In this document: positions 11,416 through 19,897 of the stretch, in pieces
Numbering within the stretch: position 1 is the stretch's first letter
How the letters are laid out: every line of letters starts with the position of its first letter
DNA from: Nostoc punctiforme PCC 73102
GTDB lineage: Bacteria; Cyanobacteriota; Cyanobacteriia; Cyanobacteriales; Nostocaceae
DNA: 32,000 nucleotides
NCBI RefSeq assembly: GCF_000020025.1
Contig: NC_010630.1
Location: 90,001-122,000 of the forward strand
Direction: 5' to 3'
The notes under the pieces: model-generated
Told to the model about the DNA's origin: nothing
Databases searched by the model: none
What the model saw: the letters and a program-made list of their open reading frames with translations, nothing else
Made by a program: the position numbers and the translations under genes

Positions 11416-14400
11416 GATTTACCTCTTTTCATCCCTCGTTTTTGCTGTGCTATTTTCCTTTTTTCTGCCCGCTCGGCAACAGCTTGAAAAGATTTATTCT
11501 CTCCTTTATGCTGGCTGAAAAATTTAGCCAAATAGCTAATACTTGGATTTTGAAAAATTTCTACCATTTGTACTTCTATTCCCATTAAGATTTTGATATT
11601 TTTATTAATTTGAACCAAATGTATTGAATTTGCACCTAAATCAAAAAAATTATCATAAACGCCTATTTTCTCTATTTGAAGCACCTCTCGCACAATTTTT
11701 GCTAAAGTTTGCTCTATTTCAGTTTTTGGTGGAACAGCACCCGTTTCAGGTTTCAATACATTTTTATTAAGCTTGGGTAACAACTTGCGGTCTACCTTGC
11801 CATTGCGATTCAAGGGCAAGGCATTTAGTATTACACAGTCAGAAGGTACCATGTAGCTGGGCAGTTTCTGCTCCAAGTAATTAAGTAACTTCTTGGAAAT
11901 TGAATTTGACTCCTGAACGGGCTCTAAGGAGTTTAGTAGCACTCCTTTTAGTTGATGGTGCTGTTGTGAACTTTGCTTTTGGTTTGAGTTAAGGACTACA
12001 TAAGCTACTAGCGATTGATGTTCCTTCTCGGTTGAGGTTACTACCACTTCTTTTACAGATTCATCCTGTAGGAGAGTGGCTTCAATCTCCCCTAGCTCAA
12101 TCCGGTAGCCATTTATTTTTACTTGAAAATCTTCTCTTCCCAGAATTTCAATATTGCCATCAGGCAAAAATCGCCCCGAGTCACCAGTTTTATATAAGCG
12201 CTGTTGAGTGCGAGGATGAATGATAAAGCTTTCTTCGGTCTTTTTTTCATCTCGCCAATAGCCTTTGGCTAAACCAATTCCTTCAGCATAAAGCATTCCT
12301 GGTACCCATACCGGACAGGGTTCTAAAAATTTATTAAGAACGTGATAGCGTTGGTTAGTTATTGGTTTTCCATAAGGAATGCTCTTCCATTGCTCGTCTA
12401 TTTTCTCAATAGGATAGCAAATATTCCAGATTGAAGTTTCGGTGGGTCCTCCGACACTAACAACTTTTACATCCTCCCATATTGCTTTAATCTGCTGGGG
12501 TAAATTCACTGGAATCCTATCGCCACTCATTAGAATCAATCCCAGAGACGCTGGTACTTTTTCCAGCCCTGCCGACAGATATTCTACTAACATCTGCATA
12601 AAGGTAGGAACTGAGTTCCAGAGAGTAACTTTGTGTTGCTTCATGAGTTCTACCCAGTGAGCCGGGTCTTTTGTTCTTTCTGCCTCTGGAATTACTAAAG
12701 TTCCCCCAGCAGCTAAGGTGCCAAAGATATCATATACTGACAAATCAAAGTTTAAAGCTGACAAAGCTAATACTCGGTCTTGATGGGTAATTCCAAAACG
12801 TTGGTTGATGTCAAGGATGGTATTGACAGGACCCCGATGGGTAAGCATGACTCCTTTAGGCACGCCAGTCGAGCCGGATGTATAGATAACATAGGCTAAA
12901 TCATCCGGGCTTTGTACCAAATCCAAAGGACTGCTGTCTTCTCCCACTAACTCGTCGCAATCTAGGCATATCCGTGGAATTCCCTCAATCCAAGTCAGGC
13001 GTTCATTCAGCCATGACTGAGTTAAAATCAGTTTTACTTCTCCTTGCTTAAGCAAATATTGCACCCGCTCATCAGGCAATTCTGGATCGATGGGCATATA
13101 AGCTGCACCCGACATGAGTATTCCTAAAACGGCAACTATTTGCTCCCAACCTTTTTCCATGACTACAGCAACCAGAGTGTTGGGAGATGTCTTTAATTTT
13201 CGTAGTCGATGACCAACCTGATTTGCTAGTTGGAATAATTCTAAATAAGTTAGAGTTCGCTGAGAAGAAATAACAGCACAATCCTGTTCTCGTGCTTCTA
13301 CTTGCGCCGCAAATAATGTGTGCAACATCCACCCAGAAATGGGTGCATCCGTGGAATTGACTGTTGCTCTTTGTAAGAGTTGGGCTTTGGGTACTAATTC
13401 ATAAGTTATTTCCCTCCAAACTGCATCCGAGGTGGCTAGGAGCATTAAAAATTCGCAGTAAGCTTCAAACATATCGTCCAGCAAGCCCTCTGGAAATAGA
13501 TCTTCTACTGCATCCCAGTTGAAAACCAATTTTCCATCTTCTTCCATGACTTGATGATCTAACCAAACTTGAGAGGTTTGACTGATGCTATAAATGACCT
13601 CACCAAAAACATTTAACGCCGATCTATCCTGAATAAATGAACCATTATTTAAAATGCTGGTAAATACAATCGGCATTAGCGCTTTTTGGTGGCTTCCTTG
13701 CCTCCGGGCTAGTTCCCGCAGCACATGTACTCCACTCATATAACTGTGGTCTAAATCTTGCCATAGTTGGCGCTGTAGGTTTTGAGCGCGAACAGTAAAG
13801 GAAGCTGGTGTTGAGTTATTCACCTCCAAAAGAATCAAAGATATAGTATTGCCAATGATTTCATTTACTTGGGGATGAAGCGGTAGACGATTATATAGTG
13901 TGAGATTAAGTGTAAACTCAGTACTGTTGCTCCAAATAGCTAAGACTTCGGCAAAAGCCGTAAGTAAAATACCGGAGGGAGTCAGACCAGCTTGACTAGC
14001 TCGCTGTTTTAACTGCTGCCAAGTCTCTGATTTTAGTTGAGAACAGCGACGCTTAAACTGAGGCTGTTTTAACAAATAGGGATTTTGAGCTAAGGGCAAT
14101 TGTGGCGATTGAGGCAATGTATCTAGACGCTTGAACCAATACTCTTGCGCTCGCTTATATAATTCTGTATGTACGAGTTGCTTCTCGGTTATAACATAGT
14201 CCCGAAATGAAATTTCCAATGGCTTCAAAGTAGTATCGGGATGCTGGTAAATTTGACTCCATTCTTGACATAAGCGTAACAAACTGCCATAATCTGCCAA
14301 TAATAAATCTATACTAATATGAAGTCGAAATCGTTGCTCGTCAAAACGAGTAGCACGAATTTCAAACAAAGGCCACTGGTCAGTTTGTAGTATTTGGTGA

Positions 14401-16817
14401 GACATTTGTTGACGAATTTCTTCGCTTTTAGGAATAGCGAATTTTGGTTCGAGCTTCTGTAAATCTAATACTTCAATCTCATAAAATGGCACCACCTCTA
14501 ATATCTGTTGTTCGCCACCAGACAGCACTACTGTCCGCAGCATATCGTGACGTTCAATGATTTTTTGCCAAGCGTTTGTAAGCCGTTTTATGTTTAAATT
14601 AATACTTTCAATCTCTATATAAACATGAGTGGCAACATTACTCAATTCAAAAGAATTACTGCGCCCCACCCAGTAAGCCTGTTGAATATCTGTAAGAGGG
14701 AAAGGCTGATAGCGCTGGTCTGGTGCAGAGATAATTTGTGACAGCGATAGCGCCGAATCCTTATTTTTCTGCTCTTGCAGTATGGTTTCTATATGTTCAG
14801 TTAAATCACCTATAGTTGCCGAATCAAAAAAGCTTTGTATTGGCAAATCTACTTTTAATTGCTCGCGTATCCGATAAGCAATTTGAGTTGCTAATAAAGA
14901 ATCAATTCCTAAGACTGTCAAGGGTTCACGTATATTCAATTTTGATGGATATATTTTTAACATCCTGGCGATCAGTTTTTGAAGATAAGATTCCAGTTGC
15001 CGCGTTCTATCTTCTGCTGGGGTGGCTAACAGCTCTTCGACATTTATTAATTCGATTCCTTCAAAGGAATCGAATTTTTCCAGAATACTACTGCCGATCG
15101 CATCCAGAGTATTTGCCAAGAACCCTGCCTTACAGGCATAATGCTGAACTTTACCGCTAGAAGTCTTCAGAATACCTCCAGGTTTGAGCAATACCACAGC
15201 ATAAACTTGTAATTCATGTTCTTCTGACACAGCAGAACGAATAGCTCCAACTACCTCTTCCACCTCTAAATTCCGGTAGTAAGCACGCTCGACCTCTTGA
15301 ATAACGACTAACCGCTCTTCTCCGTCTATTTCTACTGAAAAAGCCGCTCCACAGTTCGCTCGCAGAGACAAATGACTTTTTTGCACCGTAGATTCAATAT
15401 CCTGGGGATAATAATTGCGACCTCGAATAATAATTAAATCCTTCAGCCGACCCGTGACGAACAACTCGCCATCTTTTAAAAATCCCAAGTCCCCCGTCCT
15501 CAAAAATGGACCTGCTCCTGTATCTTGGAGGTAGGCTTGGAAAGTACGTTGGGTTGAGTCGATCTGGTTCCAGTAGCCTTGAGTTACACTTGCACTTGAT
15601 ACCCAAATTTCACCTATCTCATCGGAATTGCAGCGAGTCATTCGCTCTGGATGGACAATGACCACCCGCATATCCTGCAACGGTTGACCGCACCCCACCA
15701 GTGTTTGGGTGGCATCATCTGAATTACTAGCTGGAACTACCAGATGTTGCTCTAGCGCCGCTTTTTGGAAGGTTTGCAATACTGGTGGGGGCGCCACTAG
15801 ACCCCCAGAAACAATGAGAGTTGTTTCTGCCATACCGTAACAGGGGTAAAATGCTTCCCGGCGAAAGCCGCAATCAGCAAATGTGCTTGCAAACCGCTCT
15901 ATAGTTTCCGCTCGGATGGGTTCAGCTCCATTAAAAGCCACTTGCCAGGTACTTAGGTCGAGAGTTGACCGCTCTTCGGAAGTTATTTTGCTTGCACATA
16001 GGTCGTAGGCAAAATTAGGACCGCCACTAGTAGTAGCTTTGTACTTGGAAATAGCCATCAGCCATTGCAGGGGGCGCATCAGAAAGGCTGTTGGAGACAT
16101 GAAGATGCACGGGATGCCTAAGTACAGGGGCTGAAGTGTATTCCCGATCAAGCCCATGTCATGGAAAAGAGGCAACCAGCCGACAAAGATCGTTTGTTCT
16201 GTATGCTCGAATGCCGTCTGGATCAGTCGTTGGTTGTGCAACAGATTGCCATGATTCAACATCACCCCCTTTGGCGTTCCTGTAGAACCTGAAGTGTATT
16301 GGAGAAAAGCCAAGGTGTCTGGGGTTGCTCGATAAGGAATAAAGTCCTCAATCGGAATAAGATTATCAGTCGCGACGCACTTCAGCCCAAGGAAACCTGG
16401 ATTCTCAGCCTGACTATTTATATTGCCTAATACTGATGTGGTGCTCACCACCAGGGTTGCTTGAGCATCTATGGCGATCGCCTGCAATCTAAGCATCTTC
16501 TGATTCCGTCGGGGTGGGTAAGCAGGAACTGCGACAACCCCAGCATATAAGCAGCCAACAAAGGCAGCAATAAACTCAAAACCAGAAGGGTAGAGCAATA
16601 GAACACGATCTCCAGGAGTTGTTAAAGTTTGAAGTTGAGCGGCGATCGCTTGCGCCTTCTGGTCTAATTCTCGATATGTAATTTTCGCTGCTTCTGTCTC
16701 TCCGTCTTGCAGAAATAAAAAAGCTGTTTTACCAGCTTGGCTTAAGGATCTAAAGCGAATAATTTCAATAAAGTTAGCAACTTCCAGTCCAAGCTCAGAT
16801 ATATAAAACGAAACCAT
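11412..16817 (-). CDS. Loading/first-extension NRPS: fatty acyl-AMP ligase (FAAL) - ACP - Cy - A (Cys-type code) - PCP
   Basis: 1801-aa ORF. FAAL-type N-terminus: ITYRELDQKAQAIAAQL, LAFLQYTSGSTGTPKGVMLNHGNLLHN (~16265-16315), GWLPLFHDMGLIG. Carrier: LGIDSLLATQI (14881-14909). Cy: FPLTDIQQAYWVGR (14661-14702) and DLLLAD (14289-14309). A core: LAYVIYTSGSTGVPKG (~12850-12899) with specificity residues DLYNLSVIWK, a 9/10 match to the canonical Cys code DLYNLSLIWK. PCP: FFDLGANSIHL (~11608-11650). AAGGA lies 8 nt upstream of the ATG. Confidence 0.95.
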   Translation of the reverse strand: MVSFYISELGLEVANFIEIIRFRSLSQAGKTAFLFLQDGETEAAKITYRELDQKAQAIAAQLQTLTTPGDRVLLLYPSGFEFIAAFVGCLYAGVVAVPAYPPRRNQKMLRLQAIAIDAQATLVVSTTSVLGNINSQAENPGFLGLKCVATDNLIPIEDFIPYRATPDTLAFLQYTSGSTGTPKGVMLNHGNLLHNQRLIQTAFEHTEQTIFVGWLPLFHDMGLIGNTLQPLYLGIPCIFMSPTAFLMRPLQWLMAISKYKATTSGGPNFAYDLCASKITSEERSTLDLSTWQVAFNGAEPIRAETIERFASTFADCGFRREAFYPCYGMAETTLIVSGGLVAPPPVLQTFQKAALEQHLVVPASNSDDATQTLVGCGQPLQDMRVVIVHPERMTRCNSDEIGEIWVSSASVTQGYWNQIDSTQRTFQAYLQDTGAGPFLRTGDLGFLKDGELFVTGRLKDLIIIRGRNYYPQDIESTVQKSHLSLRANCGAAFSVEIDGEERLVVIQEVERAYYRNLEVEEVVGAIRSAVSEEHELQVYAVVLLKPGGILKTSSGKVQHYACKAGFLANTLDAIGSSILEKFDSFEGIELINVEELLATPAEDRTRQLESYLQKLIARMLKIYPSKLNIREPLTVLGIDSLLATQIAYRIREQLKVDLPIQSFFDSATIGDLTEHIETILQEQKNKDSALSLSQIISAPDQRYQPFPLTDIQQAYWVGRSNSFELSNVATHVYIEIESINLNIKRLTNAWQKIIERHDMLRTVVLSGGEQQILEVVPFYEIEVLDLQKLEPKFAIPKSEEIRQQMSHQILQTDQWPLFEIRATRFDEQRFRLHISIDLLLADYGSLLRLCQEWSQIYQHPDTTLKPLEISFRDYVITEKQLVHTELYKRAQEYWFKRLDTLPQSPQLPLAQNPYLLKQPQFKRRCSQLKSETWQQLKQRASQAGLTPSGILLTAFAEVLAIWSNSTEFTLNLTLYNRLPLHPQVNEIIGNTISLILLEVNNSTPASFTVRAQNLQRQLWQDLDHSYMSGVHVLRELARRQGSHQKALMPIVFTSILNNGSFIQDRSALNVFGEVIYSISQTSQVWLDHQVMEEDGKLVFNWDAVEDLFPEGLLDDMFEAYCEFLMLLATSDAVWREITYELVPKAQLLQRATVNSTDAPISGWMLHTLFAAQVEAREQDCAVISSQRTLTYLELFQLANQVGHRLRKLKTSPNTLVAVVMEKGWEQIVAVLGILMSGAAYMPIDPELPDERVQYLLKQGEVKLILTQSWLNERLTWIEGIPRICLDCDELVGEDSSPLDLVQSPDDLAYVIYTSGSTGVPKGVMLTHRGPVNTILDINQRFGITHQDRVLALSALNFDLSVYDIFGTLAAGGTLVIPEAERTKDPAHWVELMKQHKVTLWNSVPTFMQMLVEYLSAGLEKVPASLGLILMSGDRIPVNLPQQIKAIWEDVKVVSVGGPTETSIWNICYPIEKIDEQWKSIPYGKPITNQRYHVLNKFLEPCPVWVPGMLYAEGIGLAKGYWRDEKKTEESFIIHPRTQQRLYKTGDSGRFLPDGNIEILGREDFQVKINGYRIELGEIEATLLQDESVKEVVVTSTEKEHQSLVAYVVLNSNQKQSSQQHHQLKGVLLNSLEPVQESNSISKKLLNYLEQKLPSYMVPSDCVILNALPLNRNGKVDRKLLPKLNKNVLKPETGAVPPKTEIEQTLAKIVREVLQIEKIGVYDNFFDLGANSIHLVQINKNIKILMGIEVQMVEIFQNPSISYLAKFFSQHKGENKSFQAVAERAEKRKIAQQKRGMKRGKS

Positions 16818-16857
16818 AAATTAGTCCTTTTGGCGTTACATAAATGCAGAATCAATT

Positions 16858-16966
16858 TATTATTAATTCCTTCTACAGCACCACTCATAGTTTTTGCGTC
16901 AAAATAATCTACTATTTCTCCAAACCATCTAAGCTCGACTTTATATCTGATTCGTAAAGAAAACAT
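16858..16966 (-). pseudogene. C-terminal scrap of an ISL3-like transposase
   Basis: The minus-strand translation ...RWFGEIVDYFDAKTMSGAVEGINNKLIL contains the (S/T)xxxxEGxNNK(I/L) motif typical of ISL3-family transposase C-termini. There is no start and no upstream domain, and the reading frame then runs meaninglessly into the NRPS start. Family call is from one short motif only. Confidence 0.4.
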
Positions 16967-17140
16967 TAAGGATACTCAAACTATTACTAAGTCTAAGTCT
17001 AAGTTTCAGCAAATAAGTGCTTTATTAACTCAAATTCCTGAAATCCTTATAAGGTAAGTATTTTACTTGAGTTTACAAATTAGTTCTTATCCAAGATTAA
17101 GAACTTGGTTATTTTGATGTGGCAAAATCCTAGCTTTCTG

Positions 17141-17187
17141 GTAAAAACTTTTTCTGTGTCACTGAGAATCAGTGACACAGAAAAAGT
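17141..17187 (-). terminator. Perfect 18-bp stem / 5-nt loop hairpin followed by T5 on the minus strand (intrinsic-terminator-like)
   Basis: ACTTTTTCTGTGTCACTG (17147-17164), loop AGAAT, CAGTGACACAGAAAAAGT (17170-17187). On the minus strand the stem is followed by TTTTTACC (complement of 17141-17148). Confidence 0.55.
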
Positions 17188-17243
17188 AAAACTACTGTCC
17201 TACAAAGCTTTCAGCGTCAGCTTGAGCGTTGCCATAAAAATGG

Positions 17244-17465
17244 CTAAAGTTGAGCTGGTCGATATGTTTTTTTATACCGCAGACATGACTTGTTTCGACA
17301 TCGACGAATTTTTAGCTGTAGTTTTACTACCCCGTTTAACGTTCTTATATGTCGAGGATTATTGTATTCATTCCACATTGCTTGACCGCACGAGGGGCAT
17401 TTTTTTTGAACACAATCGAGTACTTCAAACGATGTTGCCTCTGGTTTTAAACTTTTTCTTGCCAA
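17244..17465 (-). pseudogene. N-terminal fragment (73 aa) of a zinc-ribbon IS transposase
   Basis: MARKSLKPEATSFEVLDCVQKKCPSCGQAMWNEYNNPRHIRTLNGVVKLQLKIRRCRNKSCLRYKKTYRP|AQL*. The CPxCG...RRCxxxxC pattern is a transposase-type zinc ribbon. Coding sense stops abruptly after ...YRP. The family (ISL3-like versus ISKra4-like) cannot be decided without a search. Confidence 0.6.
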
Positions 17466-17554
17466 GTTTTTGCACCATTATTTCGCTACAAGGTCAAGAT
17501 TACAGGATTTCCGCTCTTCTCTAGTAAGTTTTGCCACGCTAGGATTTTACCGCT

Positions 17555-19064
17555 TTGTATCCCACTCATGGTCAACCAACAGTTAGACCTTGGCGACTGG
17601 CGTTAATCTGTGTGCTGCAATTTATTGAAGATTTGCCAGATCGACAAGCTGCCGAAGCTGTCCGCAGTAGAATTGATTGGAAATATGTTTTGGGGTTGGA
17701 ACTGACTGATTCAGGTTTTGATTTTTCTGTGTTGTGTGAATTTCGCGCCCGATTGATGGTAGGTGGTGCAGAACAACAACTGCTAGACACGTTACTGAGG
17801 CAATTTAGAGAGCGCGGATGGCTCAAAGAAAGAGGAAAACAGCGCACTGACTCCACCCATGTGCTGGCTGCTATCCGTAACTTGAACCGACTCGAAGGGG
17901 TAGGTGAAACTCTACGTGCAGCCCTCAATTCACTAGCTACAGTCGCGCCCGATTGGTTGCGTTCATGGGTACCTTCAGAATGGTACGAGCGTTACGGTCG
18001 GGCTGTAGAAGAATATCGCTTACCCAAGGGCATTGCCGCACGCACCTGAATATGCCGAGATGATTGGCACAGATGGTATGCAGTTACTGATAGCTGTATG
18101 GGCAGAAACTGCCCCAGATTGGCTTGCTCATGTGCCCATCGTCGAAATTCTGCGACAGACTTGGGTACATCAATATTATGTGGAGAATGACCAAGTAAGA
18201 TTGCGGGCTGCCAGTGACTTAGCCCCTTCTGGTAGTCGTTTTGACTCTCCTTATGACATCGATGCTCGCTTTGGTAATAAACGCAGTGTGACTTGGACTG
18301 GGTATAAAGTGCATCTGACCGAAACTTGTGATGAGAACCAAGTCCATTTAATTACTCATGCCATTACCACCCAAGCTCAGGTTTCAGATGTTACACAAAC
18401 TGCATCTATTCACGAGGCATTGGCTGCCAAAGACCTGCTCCCCAGTCAACACATTGTTGATGCTGGCTATGTCGATAGTAATCTTATCGTCACTAGCCGT
18501 AAACAGTATGGAATAGATTTAGTCGGCCCAGTCCGCCCGAATGTTAGTTGGCAAGCTAAAACGCCTGGCGGTTATGATATCAGCCAGTTTACAGTGAGCT
18601 GGAATACAAAACGGGTGACTTGTCCTCAAGGTAAAAAAAGTACCAAAAAGTGGGTTCCGACTCAGGACAAGTGGGGCAATGCAGTGATTAACGTGAGATT
18701 CCCCCGCAAAACTTGCCGACTTTGCAACGCCCGTGCTTTATGCACCCGCTCGAAAACTGAGCCAAGAGAATTGACACTGCGCCCAAAGGCAGAATACCTT
18801 GCATTGCAAACCGTGCGACAACAACAGCTTTCCACGGATTGGAAAAAACTCTATGACGCAAGAGCAGGAGTTGAAGGAACGTTGTCTCAAGGAATTGGCA
18901 GCTTGGGGCTGCGACAAGCTCGCTACATTGGTTTGGTTAAAGTTCGGCTCCAGCACTTGCTGACTGCCGTGGCTCTTAATGTGGTGCGGATGGTTGCTTG
19001 GTTACATGGCCGAACCCATGCGAAAACCAGAATTTCTCGATTTGCTGCTTTAGCTCCAGTGTGA
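17555..19064 (+). pseudogene. IS1182-family-like DDE transposase, 5'-truncated and frameshifted
   Basis: Two consecutive ORFs (17555-18049 and 18033-19064) together resemble one transposase. Matches include LQFIEDLPDRQAAEAVRSRIDWKYVLGLELTDSGFDFSVLCEFRARL (DUF772-type N-domain), RTDSTHV, the cysteine cluster CRLCNARALC, and C-terminal ARAGVEGTLSQGIGSLGLRQARYIGLVKVRLQHLLTAVALNVVRM. The frame changes around ACC-T-GAA at ~18045-18050, with no slippery run. Roughly 40-50 N-terminal residues are missing, and in-frame stops lie just upstream of 17555. Confidence 0.8.
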
Positions 19065-19112
19065 AGCAAGAGCTTTCAATCCAGATTACCAATAATATCT
19101 ATTAAGATCATC

Positions 19113-19184
19113 CTTCTCCATGTAATACACAGATAACCCTCTGCTACCTAATGAGCTAAAATAACGGTGTAATACATGGAGAAG
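19113..19184. promoter_or_regulatory. 18-bp imperfect inverted repeat (17/18) spaced 36 bp, ending 5 nt before the ATG of the 165-aa ORF; candidate operator or small hairpin element
   Basis: CTTCTCCATGTAATACAC (19113-19130) and GTGTAATACATGGAGAAG (19167-19184). The same core recurs at 19377, 19406 (reverse complement), 19443 and 20187. Confidence 0.35.
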
Positions 19185-19189
19185 CGGTT

Positions 19190-19687
19190 ATGAAACGTGA
19201 TATCCAGGGGAAGTTTGCCCTGAAAAATGAAGATTATCGTTTAGTTCGCTCGTTAAGACTAACTGATTCCACGTGGGTAGCTTTGGGCATCACATCTGAA
19301 TGCTTGGGTCTTACTAGGGCTGACTATTTAGAGCAGATCATTCGTGAAAAAGCTCTGCCAAGTACGGTTTCTCCAAGTAATACACGGGAGAAAGATTTCC
19401 TTTTTCCATGTATTACAAGGCAAAATACGGATTCACCACCGCGTAATACACGGTTTCAGGAGGAAATAGAAGTACTCCTTGCTGAAATACAAAATCTCAG
19501 TCAAAAGAATGCTGCATTGATGCAACGAACAGCAATTGCTTTCTCCCAAATAGAACTTGAGCTTTTACGCGATCGCATTTTGCTTGATTTGAAATTAGGC
19601 AAGCAAGCCCCTGGATACAAAGCTGTTCAAAAAGCTCTCAATCGTTTCATCGCTGAATTGACTTACCCAAACACAAGCGTTTTTTGA
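19190..19687 (+). CDS. Hypothetical protein with ribbon-helix-helix-like N-terminus
   Basis: 165-aa ATG ORF. The N-terminus, RLVRSLRLTDSTWVALGITSECLGLTRADYLEQII, looks like the RLTxxxWxxLxxxAxxxGxSRAxxLE pattern of small RHH/CopG-like cyanobacterial proteins. A coiled-coil-like middle follows. The central part is built from DNA repeats (NTR peptide repeats), which lowers confidence that the whole ORF is genuine. It contains a HIP1 site. Confidence 0.5.
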   Translation: MKRDIQGKFALKNEDYRLVRSLRLTDSTWVALGITSECLGLTRADYLEQIIREKALPSTVSPSNTREKDFLFPCITRQNTDSPPRNTRFQEEIEVLLAEIQNLSQKNAALMQRTAIAFSQIELELLRDRILLDLKLGKQAPGYKAVQKALNRFIAELTYPNTSVF

Positions 19688-19897
19688 CTTCGCCAACAGC
19701 ATCATCCTCTTAAGTTGGCGTAAAAAAAACCAAAGTATGTAAAGATAAGTAAATACATAAAATGCATCTACCGAGGTTACTAAGACATGGGCGCTCGTTA
19801 AAAAGGGAACTACAGTACAGAACGTGTAAAATTTGAATCTAATCGTTCTGGTCAAACTTTTGTTACATAGTTATAAATTTTCCCGCCCACTTACTTA

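Larger units (their letters stand above)
17121..17551 (-). mobile_element. IR-bounded IS relic (MITE-like internal-deletion derivative) retaining only the first 73 codons of its transposase and a 3' hairpin
   Basis: GGCAAAATCCTAGC (17121-17134) and GCTAGGATTTTACC (17538-17551) are 13/14 inverted repeats. Between them, on the minus strand, lie a transposase N-terminus (17465-17244) and a terminator-like hairpin just inside the left repeat. This is the layout expected for IRL-tnp-terminator-IRR with the middle deleted. Confidence 0.4.

Noticed and set aside
213-16966. About twenty short ORFs from the track inside the NRPS/PKS region. Examples are 213-482+, 878-1078+, 1222-1506+, 2511-2780+, 3936-4157-, 4713-4961+, 5002-5346+, 5744-5959+, 7032-7250-, 9029-9367+, 10295-10662+, 12032-12660+, 13072-13332-, 14816-15160+, 15394-15606- and 16742-16966-.
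   Set aside because: All lie antisense to or out of frame with the three giant synthetase genes, whose domain motifs are continuous. None shows any recognisable motif. 16742-16966 is a chimera that reads from the ISL3-like scrap into the NRPS start.
17085-17120. The short frame ELGYFDV, considered as the missing N-terminal part of the IS1182-like transposase on the other side of the IS relic.
   Set aside because: The resemblance covers only 7 residues, with a stop codon immediately upstream. It is indistinguishable from chance.
17105-17928. ORFs 17105-17524 (+, 139 aa) and 17572-17928 (-, 118 aa).
   Set aside because: The first runs antisense through the transposase stub and the hairpin of the IS relic. 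The second is antisense to the IS1182-like reading frame. Both have odd composition and no motifs.
18030-18052. Possible programmed ribosomal frameshift joining the two IS1182-like ORFs.
   Set aside because: There is no slippery heptamer or A/T run at the junction (GCACGCACCTGAATATGCC). A single extra base would explain it, and the gene is also 5'-truncated. It is therefore treated as a pseudogene mutation.
19691-19730. Hairpin CGCCAAC(16 nt)GTTGGCG followed by an A8 run just after the 165-aa ORF stop, considered as a terminator.
   Set aside because: The stem is only 7 bp with a large loop. On the plus strand it is followed by A rather than T. On the minus strand the T-run precedes the stem. 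This is not a canonical intrinsic terminator.
19595-19855. ORF 19595-19855 (-, 86 aa).
   Set aside because: It overlaps the 3' end of the 165-aa ORF antisense. It is AT-rich with low-complexity composition and has no motif or ribosome-binding site.
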